In this document: positions 24,763 through 38,229 of the stretch, in pieces
Position numbering within the stretch: the stretch's first letter is position 1
Layout: each line of letters starts with the position of its first letter
NCBI GenBank assembly: GCA_951406725.2
Contig: OX597825.1
Span: 73,842,001 to 73,906,000, forward strand
Source: Octopus vulgaris
Taxonomy: Eukaryota
Reading direction: 5' to 3'
Length of the DNA stretch: 64,000 nt
Made by a program: the position numbers and the translations under genes
Notes under the pieces: generated by a model
Databases searched by the model: none
What the model was told of the DNA's origin: nothing
What the model saw: the letters and a program-made list of their open reading frames with translations, nothing else

Positions 24763-25749
24763 AGATGCATGTAAACATTACGATGATATTTTTCCTCTAA
24801 AAAATCTAAGTAATTTTTATTTTAACTTTAGCATTATTCTTTTTAGTATGGAAATGAGTAATTATAAAAACGGCATTTGTGAAGTCCTAATGATTAAATT
24901 TTGTTTTGGATAACTGGTTAATATAGCGTTTATTTAATTTCTATGCTAATTATGTTATAATGATGACAATTTTTAGAAAGTTTCTTTCTTATATAAACTA
25001 CGTAATTTTTAATTATTAATCTTTGTATTTTAGTAGCGATTATCATAAATAATTAATGCTATGTAATTGACAATATTGTTTGCTATTTGACTAGAGATGA
25101 TAAAGCATTTTAAATGTATGTAGATATAGAAACTATTGTTATTATAACATGTATTTTTTAATAATATGAAAGAATGAAGGGGATATTTCTTATTTCACCA
25201 TGTTTTTTTTTTCAAATATTAAAAAAAAATATTTCTAAAGTATTGTTCCTGGTATTTTTAAAAAAATTATTTGTATACTTAATAGCATACAAATATATTT
25301 TATGACCGTTAAATTAGTTTATTTTTCATATTTTATTTTCTGTTTTTTATCTTTGTTTTTAATTATTGACACTCAGGCTTGAAAACATAAATATCTTTAA
25401 ATTCAGTCTTTTCTTGGATCAGTGAATCCCTATATATAAAATATTACAATGAAGAGATTCTTACCTACAAACAATGGATTTTTATAATTTCATCACTTGT
25501 AAGAATCGAAACAATTGTATGTAATTTGTATTTAATATTTTTATTATATTATATTATTATAAGAATATAATATTATATAATTTTATGTTAATAAATTTTA
25601 ATTTTGAATTGACATTTGTATATCTCCATTTTCTTTCCATTTATAAATTTAATAAATACCCATGCGAATTGTAAAGATTTTCCCTACTTAATTAGATATT
25701 AAACAGTTGAGCCAATGAAAGATTGGATGTTTTCACATCAATTTTCCTT

Positions 25750-25818
<69 letters not shown>

Positions 25819-25820
<2 letters not shown>

Positions 25821-26238
25821 CCGGTTTATGGGATTACCTAAGGTTTCACGTCCATAAAAAGCTAGGCTTTACAGCATATTACCAAATCCCAAAACCTGTT
25901 GGCTAAAGTATGGAGGAGGAAATGAGCTTGACCAAGGGAACATCCTGAACTCCAGAACGGAGGTCTTAGGACCGTGCTTGCATTTCAGGAAATTCCTGTT
26001 GGAACCCATGAGATAGCAGGGCAACGGCGATCGATAGCTAAAGGGACAAAACACCCCTTGTTGACATCATCGGCGATCGAGAGCCAAGAGGAGACAATCC
26101 CCTTTGTAGACATTGAGTAAAGATTTCATTTCCCCCTCCATATCCTAGAGAGGCTAGAAAAAAAATAGTTTTTGATGATATTCCATAAAGCCAAGCCCTT
26201 TATGGACGTGAAACCTAAGGTGGTCGCAGAAACCGGCC
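25819..26238. mobile_element. 420-bp MITE with ~70-bp imperfect TIRs (possibly PIF/Harbinger-like)
   Basis: GGCCGGTTT...ACCTAAGGTTTCACGTCCATAAA and TTTATGGACGTGAAACCTAAGGT...AAACCGGCC; right flank TTA, left flank (TA)n. Confidence 0.8.
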
Positions 26239-26329
26239 TTATCTAAGTTTGCTATATACTGCTCTATACTTACAGTGTGCTTCTTTATTCGGATCTATGT
26301 TTACGGACGATATATATATATATACATCG

Positions 26330-26535
26330 TAAATACCGAAAAAAGGAAGAACAAACACAAAAATCAACAACGCGAGGACGTGATTCATGTAAAGTATTAG
26401 CAAACGCTCAGGGAAGGAAAGAAAGGTGGTTTTACGTTTCGAGCAAAGCTCTTCTTCAGAAATAGGGGACAAAGGAAAGTCCAAGAGAAAAGGAAGACAG
26501 AAGAAAAAAATCGCCAATGTTTCACATGTGGTTAC
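26330..26535 (-). mobile_element. P2 element with canonical-core HHR motif (26429-26463)
   Basis: Minus strand ATTT-CTGAAGA-A-GAGC-TTT-GCTC-GAAAC-GTA-AAAC; (TA)n on both sides. Confidence 0.78.
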
Positions 26536-26588
<53 letters not shown>

Positions 26589-26624
26589 ATATATATATAA
26601 TGTAACTATATCGACCAGCCATGT

Positions 26625-26870
26625 GGCTATACATCGCTGCTCACAATGCTCTTCCTCACATTATTGTAGCTTTCAAATGGTGCAATCTCGTTGGCTTGGC
26701 AGGCAGGCCAATGCTTCCCTTCGTCGCAGGGTTAACCATTCTACAGGTGAGTGGGATGAAAAAACGTGACATGAAGTGTTTTGTTCAAGAACACAATGCA
26801 TTACCTATCTGGGAATGGGAAACACGATCTTGCGTTCCTAAGTGTAACACACTGACCATTAAGTCATGCA
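26625..26870 (-). mobile_element. Degraded C-type SINE
   Basis: TGAAGTGTTTTGTTCAAGAACACAA and CACTGACCATTAAGTCATGC are reverse complements of C-type head segments. Confidence 0.55.
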
Positions 26871-26880
26871 TGTACATATA

Positions 26881-27456
26881 TTGGGTTGTCCGGAAAGTTC
26901 GTGCCGATCTGTAGTAGTTTAGCTTTTGACTTATTTTAGAACATGGATTTACCTTTCGACTTATTTTAGAACAGGATTTCACTACACCTTCATTTAGAGC
27001 ACAGTTTAAGCTATATTTTTGTGGAAGAAGATTTAAGTTCCTATAACTTGTGTTAATTCTGTAACACTTTAAAATGAAGGATAAGAAAGTTCATTTTTGG
27101 CACTTGATGCTTTGGGAACCAGACAAAAATTGCTGCAGCTCGGCTGGAATGTGTTACTCCACCCTCCATATTCACCAGATATTGCTCCTTCGGATTTCCA
27201 CTTATTCAGGTCTCTGCAGAATAGTCTTAATGGTAAAAATTTCAATTCCTTGGATGACGTAAAAAGATACCTTGATGAATTCTTTGCCACGAAACCACCT
27301 CAATTCTGGGAAGAGGGTATTTTCAAGTTAAAGGAAAGATGGAGACGCAGTGTGCAACAAAATGGTTCATATTTGGTTGATTAAAAATGCAATGGCAAGT
27401 ATTTATCGGCCTTTTTTTCCCTTTAAATATCGGCACGAACTTTCCGGACAATCCTT
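26881..27456 (+). mobile_element. Non-autonomous mariner (internal-deletion derivative) with both TIRs
   Basis: TA|TTGGGTTGTCCGGAAAGTTCGTGCCGAT ... ATCGGCACGAACTTTCCGGACAATCC. N-terminus MKDKKVHFWHLMLWE (27074) is fused out of frame to the C-terminal HPPYSPDIAPSDFHLFRSL...NGSYLVD (to 27384). Confidence 0.95.
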
Positions 27457-28269
27457 ATATCTACATATATACATGTGTGTGTTTATTTGAATGCCACGTA
27501 TATATTCTGATACAGAATGTAGTTCAAATAAAGAGAGAAATCCGTATCGAAATGGAAATCTAGATTTTAAATTTTATTATTTGTTTTGCAAGTTGAATAC
27601 TTCATTAATGGTGACGCCGAATTTTTACGTTTCCGTTCTTCAGACAGTAGCAAAAATTATGGTAAAAATATTCAATATAAATGGATGTTCACTGAATATA
27701 AATCACAATTATAGTAACTCTCGGGAAAAGTACACGAAAATATAAATGAGAAGCATTGGAAAATGTATAAAAAGTTTCTTGAAGGGTATTATGATAAATG
27801 TTTGGATTTGATGCTAGGCTTTGATTGGATGTTGTGACTGATTGTTATCTTTTTGTACTTTGCATGCCGTTGTTACCATAGAAGGGCATATGGTGCAATT
27901 CTTGCTTCATAGAAAATGGATATTAAAACTTCCAAAATACGAAACATATGGTGAAGAGTCTCGTGAGAGCAGATCGTGGAAATCAATTTTCAGGGAAAAA
28001 TTCGTATGAATCTAAAATTATTTGATGAAGCCAATCATCCTTGTCACATTCTGTGTTACACTGAATCGTTAAGGATACGCGTATTTGTTAGAACGGCTTG
28101 CACGTTAATTTCACGTGTAGGCTGTTCCGTTGATTGGATCATCTGGAACAATTGTCTCTGTAACTAACGGAGCGTTTAGGAAATGTAGAAGTAACTACAA
28201 GACAAAATGGTGTATGAATGTTGCTGGGAAATCTGGAAAAATTGCTGTGAAACATCCGGAAAAAGAAAG

Positions 28270-28425
28270 TTAGTGACTGTGTAGTAAGTAATTTGCTTAC
28301 CAACCACATGGTTCCGGGTTCAGTCCTACTGCGTGGCACCTTGGGCAAGTGTCTTCTACTATAGCTTCGGGCCGACCAAAGCCTTGTGAGTGGATTTGGT
28401 AGACGGAAACTGAAAGAAGCCCGTC

Positions 28426-28480
<55 letters not shown>

Positions 28481-28800
28481 CATACATAGACATATATATA
28501 TATATATGAATGTATGTATGTATGTATGTATGTATGTATGTATGTATGTATGTATGTATGTATGTATGCATGTATGTGTGTGTATATGTTCGTGTATTTG
28601 TGTTTGTGCCCCCAACATCACTTGACAACCGATACTGGTGTGTTTACTTCCCCGTAACTTAGTAGTTCGGCAAAAGAGACCGATAGAAAAAGCACTAGGC
28701 TTACAAATAATAAGTCCTTGGGTTGATTTGCTCGACTAAAGGCGGTGCTCCAGCATGGCCACAGTCAAATGACTGAAACAAGTAAAAGAGTAAAAGAGTA
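28270..28800 (+). mobile_element. SINE family D with ~170-bp internal microsatellite
   Basis: Both halves match 13589-13987; (TA)n(TATG)n spacer at 28427-28600. Confidence 0.92.
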
Positions 28801-29751
28801 ATATTTGAACCCTCAAGACAGAGCTCAAGAATAACCCCTTATACACTATTTGTTACACAAGTCGCACATATGTGTGCTTGTTCACAAGCGTTACTTTTTT
28901 TCGCCCATGTATGCAGTTATGTATATGCATACATTTCTACGCATTATATACACTTGCGCGAACATTTCAAAATTAATTTTCATGCATATATTCACAAGTA
29001 CACACACGTGAATATTTATATGTACGGACTTGCTTTTCTTACAAAGACACTTGAAGATTATTAACACTTGCGCAGGTGTTGGTATTGATTCGCGCAAAAT
29101 AAAATTAATAGGCCAGCTTCGTATGTGTTCACGTTGCAAGTGCACATACATATATGTATCAACACAAGTACACACACAAACATACACAAACACCCGCCCC
29201 CAACACAAGAAGAACACAAATTGTACTCAAAATTCATAACAGCTGTTTGACAGTATTTTATTGGTGACTTCTTAGACTATACACTATGACAAAAATCCGC
29301 CACCTTCAGGTGATTTTAAACAAAGAGAATGATAAGGTAGAGAAAATCTAAGTTGACCAGCTAACCACGTTACATAGTGAGGCAAGTGAAGTCACCAGAA
29401 TAATCGTAGAATTTATAAAAGCCGCCAGTATGACCCATAAGGATAAAGTTTAAGATCTGTCAAATTTCTGAAATCGATATCTTAATTAGTTTTTGGCCCT
29501 AGCTGGAGAAGCCAATCATATATTATAAAAGAGGATAAATAGGAAAAAGTGAAAGAAAGATCTACTAAGGAGACAACGGACAAAAAGTACAGCTGATGTA
29601 ATCTAAGAATTCTTCAACAAAATGTTGCTGAAACAGCTGTTGGGAAATTTAAACCTCATTTATGTTCTTTTTTTTTATACATATGCTACACTTGGAACCA
29701 TCCTTAGGCTCGCTGTTTCTAATGCATCGGATACGTATATATATATATATA

Positions 29752-29822
29752 TATACACTTTATTTAAAGCAGCAGAAAATTCAACAAAATCTGTTACTCT
29801 GAGTTTCTCGTTGCCGTTCATA
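29752..29822 (-). mobile_element. PLE-like fragment P3 with truncated HHR
   Basis: Minus strand TGA-A-CG-GCAA-CG-A-GAAACTC-A-GAGTA-ACAG. Shares TTTTCTGCTGCTTTAAATAAAG with 41265. Confidence 0.55.
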
Positions 29823-29934
29823 TTGGCCTGCTTGCTTAGCCAGCGGGGTGGCGTCATTCGAAGGCTAAAACAATGCGAACGCATTGTGACCAGCGATGTG
29901 TAACAACATCTGATGGTCTGGTCGGTCACGTGAT

Positions 29935-29942
<8 letters not shown>
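29823..29942 (+). mobile_element. Solo 3' tail of SINE B
   Basis: TTGGCCTGCTTGCTTAGCCAGCGGGG...GTCACGTGATCACGTGAT(AT)n. Confidence 0.88.
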
Positions 29943-29993
<51 letters not shown>

Positions 29994-30336
29994 ACATTAT
30001 ATACAGATAGACGTGTAGATGTATACGTACGTACTTGCTATGCACAACCAGCAAAGGACAACTAAATATGGCAAGACTGGTACCCGGTCCCCACCTGGCG
30101 TCCTACATCCTACACGTTGAAATACCTAGACTCTACAACTTAATAAGCACAGTGTAGGAATGACAGTGTAGGACCCAAGTGAGTCCAGTCCGATATGGAG
30201 AACAAGTATTTTTATTTTGTGTATGCAGTGTGTTTCTTTCTCCATGTCACCTGTCAATCCAAAGAAATAGCGTGCCAGCTACTAATTGTCACTAGCATTG
30301 TTGTAGAAGTTGCCAGAATGAGTATCTAGACAAAAA

Positions 30337-30693
30337 GGTGCAGGAGTGGCTGTGTGGTACGTAGCGTGGCACCTTGGGCAAGTGTTTTCTACTATAGCCT
30401 CGGGCCGACCAAAGCCTTGTGAGTGGATTTGGCCGACGGAAACTGAAAGAAGCCCGTCGTATATATGTATATATATATATGTATGTGTGTGTTTGTGTGT
30501 CTGTGTTTGTCCCCCTAGCACTGCTTGACAACCGTTGCTGGTGTGTTTACGTCCCCGTCACTTAGCGGTTCGGCAAAAGGGGCCGATAGAATAAGTACTG
30601 GGCTTACAAAGAATAAGTCCCGGGGTCGATTTGCTCGACTAAAGGCGGTGCTCCAGCATGGCCGCAGTCAAATGACTGAAGCAAGTAAAAGAA
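30337..30693 (+). mobile_element. SINE family D (small deletion in head)
   Basis: Colinear with other D copies. Confidence 0.9.
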
Positions 30694-31164
30694 TTAAAAA
30701 AAAGTGTAAATTCGATCTACTCAAGAGGATACAACTCGCTATGTTGCCTTAGGATTTGCACACAAACGTTTTTGTAATGGCTTGGTATGGCTGTAAGGCA
30801 GCGGAGGTGTGGATAGAGGGTTTTCTTTCGCTCGGTTGGGTTGCACCACATCAGGTTAACGAGCCCCATGAGTTGGTATGACCCAGGAAAGTAACTTTAC
30901 CTTGCATAATACATTACATACGTATGTGCAGATACACACAGACACACCGGCTTCACGCAAACACGCACATAGACACATCTTTGTATTCTGTATTCTATAT
31001 TCACAAGCTTACGTGATTGAAATTGCGTGCAAGCTCATGTATGGATTCCTGGCCACACTTATTCACATATATATTCACGCATTGACATACTAAGACAGAC
31101 GCATATAAACACACAGCCACACGCACATACACACATGTATATATATATATATATATATATATAG

Positions 31165-31196
<32 letters not shown>

Positions 31197-31829
31197 ATAT
31201 ATATATGACGATGAATGAGTTAAAAAGTAAGTATTTTCAGATAAGAGGTAAGATCAATAACAGATAAATCTGAGCAAACAGATGAGATGAATTCAGTGAC
31301 ATGAAATGAACATTTCCTATAAAAGAGTTTTTTTAAGCAAAAGCACGCGTACACGCACACATGTATACATATATATTGGAATTTCTGAAACTAATGTCCA
31401 ATTGCGTCCGAAAATCGGAAGCGTGTAATTCGGAGGAATAGTCACAGAATATATTAGTTCCCCATTCATTCATCAGTATTTTCAGCTATCCATCCATCCA
31501 TCTAGCCACCCATCCATCCATCCATCTATCCATCCATCCATCCATCCATCCATCCATCCATCCATCCATCGAGCCATCCATCCAGCCATCCAGCCATTCG
31601 TAGGCGCGATCGATGCCGTCAGTCGCCGGGAGTGTGTGGCGATATGCACTGGGTAAATACAGCGACGTGGTCCGACCCGTAAGTTAAAATGCATACACAC
31701 ATACGAAGATACAAATTTTAATATAAGTACATATATGTGTATGTATATACATGTATACATATAATCTGCCCTACTGTTCCTCTCGCGTCTGACCACTATC
31801 CGAAGTCAGGACGCCATGATAGATCGTTA

Positions 31830-32002
31830 ACTCCTACATGCATTTTTTTTCTCTCCTTGTTTTTTTCTGTGTATCTTTCTGTTGAAGAGCGTAGGCTCGA
31901 AACGTAAAAGACTTTTTCTATTCCTGAGCGCTATACTAACACATTTGTTTGTTTGTACTCCACCTGCCTTCGTCTTTTGTTCATTTTCGTATACTTTCCC
32001 TT
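31830..32002 (+). mobile_element. P1 element with HHR motif (31874-31911)
   Basis: TCTTT-CTGTTGA-A-GAGC-GTAG-GCTC-GAAAC-GTA-AAAGA; perfect 5-bp stem I; ends at (TA)n. Confidence 0.75.
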
Positions 32003-32023
32003 TATATATATATATATGTACTT

Positions 32024-32065
<42 letters not shown>

Positions 32066-32654
32066 GTACTTGTACCTATTTGAAAAGAGTGAGAAAGAAA
32101 GAAAGGATCTATTATAAGATGTTATACGACGCGATTACACCGTTAAATAACATTGAAAATATTTGTAACAGCCAAAGAAGTTTATTTTAAATTGACATTA
32201 TATGAATGAAGTTTATATTCTTCAAATATTTTTCTTTCATATTTAAGAGACAGCTACCTTACAATACTGCAGAACGTGTATGGCATACTAAGCAGACATA
32301 TTTACTTCGATATTAAATTCGAATACAACAGCAATCTTTGAATAACGTGAAAACAAACAACGTTTGATATGTTCTCTTGGATCAGAAACAATAGATTCAA
32401 TTAACTCGTCCTTTCCTTATGGATGGCCTGGATGTCAGTAGAGAAGTGACGTGAACATATAAAGTATCACTTGGTAAATAGCATTTACTCCTTTCTGTGG
32501 TTGTTACACAAATTCTGAATTTGTCCCTTCTTTGTGAACCGAAAAGTTAGACTTTTCTGTTTAATACGCACAGCAAACACGTCCTGTTCTAAAATGCTGC
32601 AAAGTAATTGACCCCACCACAAATATATATATATATGCATTTAATATATATATG

Positions 32655-32705
<51 letters not shown>

Positions 32706-32729
32706 AGTGTGTGTGTGTGTATGTATATT

Positions 32730-33080
32730 GTTTTATTCCTGTACTTGTTTCAGTCATTTGAAGGCGGCCATGCTGGAGCATCGCCTCAATGGGCGTTAGT
32801 CGAAGAACTCGTTCCCAGGACTTATTCATTGTAAGCCTAGTACTTGTTTTAACAGTCACTTTTGCCGAACTGCTAAGATACAGGAACGTAAACACTCCAG
32901 CATCGGTTGTCAAACGATGACTGTGGAACACCCCACCAAATATATATATCTACCAAATCCACTCACAAGGTTTTGTTCGGCCCGAGGCTATAATAGAAGA
33001 CATCTGCCCAGGTGCCACGGAGTGAAACTGAACCTAGAAACATGTGGTTGGGAAGCTAGCTTCTTTCCATACAGCCACGC
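32730..33080 (-). mobile_element. SINE family D, diverged
   Basis: TACTTGTTTCAGTCATTTG ... CCAAATCCACTCACAAGG ... ACAGCCACGCC. Confidence 0.85.
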
Positions 33081-33366
33081 CAAGAAACAAGCTAGAAATA
33101 ATTTTCATTCCATATAATCCCTTTATTGGAGCACTAATATAGGAATTATATGTAATGGTTACTATTTTTGACTTGTTTCTTATACACCACTCCGTTAAAA
33201 CCAGTTTCTCTGGAGTCCATCCACGGATTTGCAATATAGAATTGTGATGAATTACGTCTTGGAATCTTACCAAAAGATTTCTTGGGGCCCTTCACTAATC
33301 TTACTGATGTGCCAACTGAGAGCTTACGAAGTATTTTGCCCGCATTGATAATCCCTCACTATTTGT

Positions 33367-33449
<83 letters not shown>

Positions 33450-33462
33450 GGCACGTAATTAT

Positions 33463-33743
33463 ACCAGCATCGGTTGCCAAGTGATGGTGGGGGGACAAAC
33501 ACAGACACATACATACATACATACATACATACATACATTCATATATATGCATACATACATACATATATATATATATATACGACGGGCTTCTTTCAGTTTC
33601 TGTTAACCAGATCCACTCACAAGGCTTTAGTCGGCCCGAGGCTTTAGTAGAAGACACTTGCCGTAGGAGCCACGCAGTCGGACTGAACCAAGAACCATGT
33701 GGTTGGCAAGCAAGCTACTTACCACACACCCACTCCTGCGGCC
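33463..33743 (-). mobile_element. SINE family D, 3'-truncated
   Basis: CCAGCATCGGTTG...GACGGGCTTCTTTCAGTTTC...CCACTCCTGCG. Confidence 0.87.
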
Positions 33744-33921
33744 TATATACATATATATGCTTGATTGTGAATTTCTTATTTTTTCGTTTCGTTATTTAGA
33801 GATGTCCCTATCCCAAAGTGAAAAGTATGTGGATTTAAAATTTGTTGGGATCACTTTCTTTGGCATTGGTTCTTTTTTTTTCTTCATATGTAATCTACTT
33901 AGGCTTATATAAGGCTTAGAC

Positions 33922-34121
33922 ATTGGTTTCAAATCTCGCACAAGGCCAGCAATTTTAGGGGAGACGATAAGTCGATTAAATCGACCCCAGTGATCAACTA
34001 TTACTTATTCTATCGATCTTGAAAAGATGAAAGGCAAAGTCGAACTCAGAGGGTAATAATGGGAGAAATGTCACTAAACATTCTGCCCGACGTGCTAACA
34101 CTTCCGTCGGCTCACCGCCTT
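33922..34121 (-). mobile_element. Old SINE family A copy
   Basis: GCACAAGGCCAGCAATTTT...AAGTCGATTAAATCGACCCCAG...GCTCACCGCCT. Confidence 0.82.
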
Positions 34122-34167
34122 TATATCGCTTAAATATTGGTGATTAGATTTGGGAGGTTTTGCAGCG

Positions 34168-34204
<37 letters not shown>

Positions 34205-34208
34205 ATGT

Positions 34209-34243
<35 letters not shown>

Positions 34244-35808
34244 CAAGGAGTTAAAATTTATAATCTCCTTACTCATCTATAGAAGGAACGTCTCTAATAT
34301 CTCTTTACTTATATTTTCAAATAACCGTTATAGCCCTTAGTTATAGTTAATATCCAACTTAACTCACATCCGTTTCTCACAAGGATAAAAATATGAATCC
34401 CCTTCCGCAAGATTCTTTCTCAAGTTAATTGAAATTTTGTTTATACTTCCTGCACTGAAGAGTAGTGATATAGATGATTAAATTAATTTAACTAACTTAA
34501 TCCAATTCAATTCAATCTTGAATTTGCATTATTTTTATATCTCTGTACGAAACGATCGTCTGCATGAATTAAAATTCTCTTATATATTTTTACAACTTGT
34601 CTTCTCCATCTTTAACTTAATTGATGAGCTTTATGGAACCTCTTTCTATAAATTCACCACACATTATATATATATATTTATATATAGATTCATTGAACCA
34701 TGTGACTATCAAGGAAAGCTCATGCAGACCATATAATAATCCAATATGGAGGAATATAATGCAAAGTTCTATTCTGTAGGAACCTAGGAGATCTGCTCCA
34801 TTAAATTATTTTTATGGGGAGTATATAAGCCATAAAATGTCAAGAAGTATTAGAGGTGAATATATTTATTTAACCACTTATCATCTTTAAGACTATAGTC
34901 GTTTTATGACGAAGGCTGAAAAACGACGGTAATCCTTGTGATGACAAGTCGTTGAATAAGTATGTTCACCTCTCATACCTTGGTTTTTTATGGTTTTTAT
35001 ATATTGGCACAAGTACAGACACAGACACATATGCATATGGACACACTTTGATGTTGATCTGTAGATGTATTTACACTAATACGCTCAATGATGCATGTAT
35101 ACCTGTACCCCTAGACATACATTGTACACGCCTCAGTACATCTATCTGTATTAAACTCAACCAGCGCGTAATATTTAATTTAATTCTATGTACGACTTGG
35201 CTAGACGCTTGAATTATATAAACAAGCAAACAAGCAAATAAATAAAAAATATAAAGAAATATTATGTACACAATAATGTTTGTTTTTATGTTCAGTTATA
35301 ATAAAAACAATTTCACATTAATCTAAAGAGTTTCTCTGTATTTTTGTAGCGTACAAATTTAGTATTCTTAAAGAAGAATGTTGTCGTCAGTGACTTCGAA
35401 GTTTCGTTCGGCTAAGCCATCGTCAAAATTGTATGATGGTTATAGCAAGAACAACTTTGATGAGAGGACCGCTCCATCAGAGCTGGCCTGGAGCTGAATT
35501 CTAAGAACAGCAGAAACAGCAACGACCCATTTGGTGCTACAGAGTGATGGTTTAATACATGTTTGCGATGTCTTTCCGAATGTGGGTATATTTTATATAT
35601 GTTATGAAGTTCTCCATGCTAGAACTTTCAGGCAATATGTTACTATTTGTTATTACTAAACATTATATTACCATCTTGTACACCTCTGTTGTCCAAAATG
35701 ACATTTGTTTAATTAATTTTAATGACTGTTTTTCTGTAGTAAAACACTTTTTTAAGTGGTAATGATTGCTACAATATATGTATATATATGTATATGTATG
35801 TATGTATG

Positions 35809-35889
<81 letters not shown>

Positions 35890-36005
35890 CTAATGTAGGA
35901 TAAAAAGTTTTTCGAAAAACATTTTTATCAATGGCCAGCATATCAAAAAATACCTTTAAAGGTTAAATTTATAAATAGCTTATAAAATAAGGGCAAGAGA
36001 AAAAT

Positions 36006-36150
36006 TCTAATGCCAAATATGCCGAAAAAAAGACAAAATTGTCAATAACCATTATAATTTATGCGCCTCAAAACAAGCCGATAGAAATTTCTAAAAAATT
36101 ATAATGGTTATTGACAATTTTGTCTTTTTTTCGGCATATTTGGCATTAGA
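36006..36150. repeat. Perfect 55-bp inverted repeat with 35-bp spacer
   Basis: 36006-36060 is the exact reverse complement of 36096-36150. Confidence 0.97.
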
Positions 36151-36309
36151 CTTTATAAGTTATATATATGCATATGAGTGCGTGTGTTTGGCTTAGTTTC
36201 AGTGCCTCTCAAAATAGATAACAAGACAATGGGCAATGAACAGACTCAATATGGACATGTAAAAATAAATATATCTGATATTTAAAAATAAAATTACTGT
36301 GTGCTTCAA

Positions 36310-36900
36310 ATACAGTTGAGAAAATGTGACAGAATTTGGTTAAATTACTTCCAGTTAATGTTAGAGTAAAAACAGCAGTTACAAATATCTTTTTGAATTG
36401 CTAAGAAACGTTTCCGCCCGGAATATAAATATTACCAGTATTTTCACAAAACACTCTTAAAGTTTCGTATTTCATTCTATCGAATTTTGCTAATACACAC
36501 TAACCTCTTGCAATTAATACACATTGCTAATCAATGCAATTGTGAGTCACTGTAATTGTATAAACACTGATGTAAAATTGCATGTTCATAGACATTGCTA
36601 ACTAATGCTCAATCTAAATGAACAACAGTGAACAAAATTTATAGATCTACCTGCAAATCTTTTCAAAATATGTTATGACCAACATACGAATACTTTCTAT
36701 AATATTCACTGGGCATATATGAGAAATTAAAAACAAACGCCAGCATTACAAGAATAAGTAAAATTTAAGCTATATCATAGCGCGTTACAGGAATATAAAA
36801 TGTGGTCTTAGCACTACGGAAACCTATGATGTCTTACGTGCAATGAAATCTATAACAGACATCTGGAGAAAAATGCCTACATGTATGCATAAAATTTATT
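36310..36900 (+). pseudogene. Heavily decayed Penelope-like ORF C-terminal half (RT thumb/linker + GIY-YIG endonuclease)
   Basis: Frameshifted pieces read IWLN.., VKTAV, KRF..YKY...KNTLKVSY and IDLPANLFKICYDQHTNTF, resembling the PLE motifs IWFNPP, NVKT, KHF..FNKNTLKVSYS and IG.T...FK.RY..H...F in the expected order. Confidence 0.6.
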
Positions 36901-37089
36901 AAAGATTTATTCTCTATAATAGCCATAATTATAAGCTGGGACATAATCTAATTTTTAAAACAGTAAAACGTCCTCCTCTGTGCCTTACATTTAAACCCAA
37001 TTCTTAACATTATGTGAATCCAACTCGTCAAAGACAATTGAATAATTTATCCCAATAGCACCCCTACACATGTTATCGTGTCCCTTATC

Positions 37090-37406
37090 ATTTATGTGGG
37101 AGAGCAGCATATGTCATCAAAGTGACGCTGGAGTACATATATACGAAGCCCAATATAGCAATCACGAGTACCCGTCTTATTAGAGTACACTAGGAATATG
37201 CGTCACCATCATATGAGCGTGACATGGTGACCTTATATCATGACAAACAGGACATGACCTTGCAGGTGAGGCCCGGTTAGAATTTTCTTCAAGTCGAATA
37301 CCTCATCCCATTCAAAATGTCCCTGAATAAGGGTTATTTAAGGATGATGAACGAAACATGTGGTTTCAAAGCGAACTTCTTAGCAACGTAGCCATATCTG
37401 CGCCTA
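37090..37406 (-). mobile_element. Degraded interspersed repeat ending in a D-like SINE head
   Basis: Minus strand TAGGCGCAGATATGGCT...AAGAAGTTCGCTTTGAAACCACATG resembles the D head. The rest is single-copy in this window. Confidence 0.45.
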
Positions 37407-38195
37407 ATTATTCACTCATAAAACATAATCCTTAACAAAAGACCCCTATAGTCAGACAAAGCATTCTAATATAACAGCAATTTCAAAATATGACGAAAGC
37501 AAGATGTAAAAACGCCAGTCTAATCAGCAAATAGACTTTACTTTATTTTTATGCATGTTCCTAGTTGGCTGTTGCTATTCGTTCCAGAGGTAGACGAGTG
37601 TGTGCCACTGAGGAGCGGAAATAACAGCGAAATATCGGTATCTGTCATTCTCGTTCACTTTCCGGGGGACGTTGTTTCGCCTTTCTTGGAAGTATGCTGT
37701 GTTTTTTTATTTTAATACAATATGTTTTAAAGGAATCTTCCTTACATGAAATAGTACCTTGAATATGTGATATTCATGATGCTTAAATTATTGGTACTTC
37801 TTATAACACAAAGTTTGAACACACTCACACACACGCACGATGGTGCTGTAGAGGCACTATCGTGTTATATATCGTGTCCTAGGCATTTTTGAGATCCAGT
37901 TTTTGAGATCCAGCTATCCAACCTCAGGTTTGACAACTGACGATATTTTGGGAGAAGTTCACAGAGTCAGAAAAAGATAAAAGAAGAAACAATCCCAGTA
38001 CATGACTGCTATTTTAGTCGCTGGCTTCCTAGAGGATGAAACACAAAGTTGGCATCGGCGGGATTAGAACTCAGAGCTCAGGCTGACAACGATTAGAAAG
38101 CAAATTATCCGACACCATAACGACTGTGCCAATTAAACTTATCTATCTGTATGTGTGTGTGTGTTTGTGCGTCTGTGCGCGTGTGTGCCTGCGTG

Positions 38196-38229
<34 letters not shown>

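Noticed and set aside
27097-27384. Functional mariner transposase gene
   Set aside because: Most of the DNA-binding and catalytic region is deleted and the N-terminus is out of frame.
37885-37913. Short perfect tandem duplications (also near 46577 and 48751)
   Set aside because: Ordinary 13-15-bp slippage duplications.
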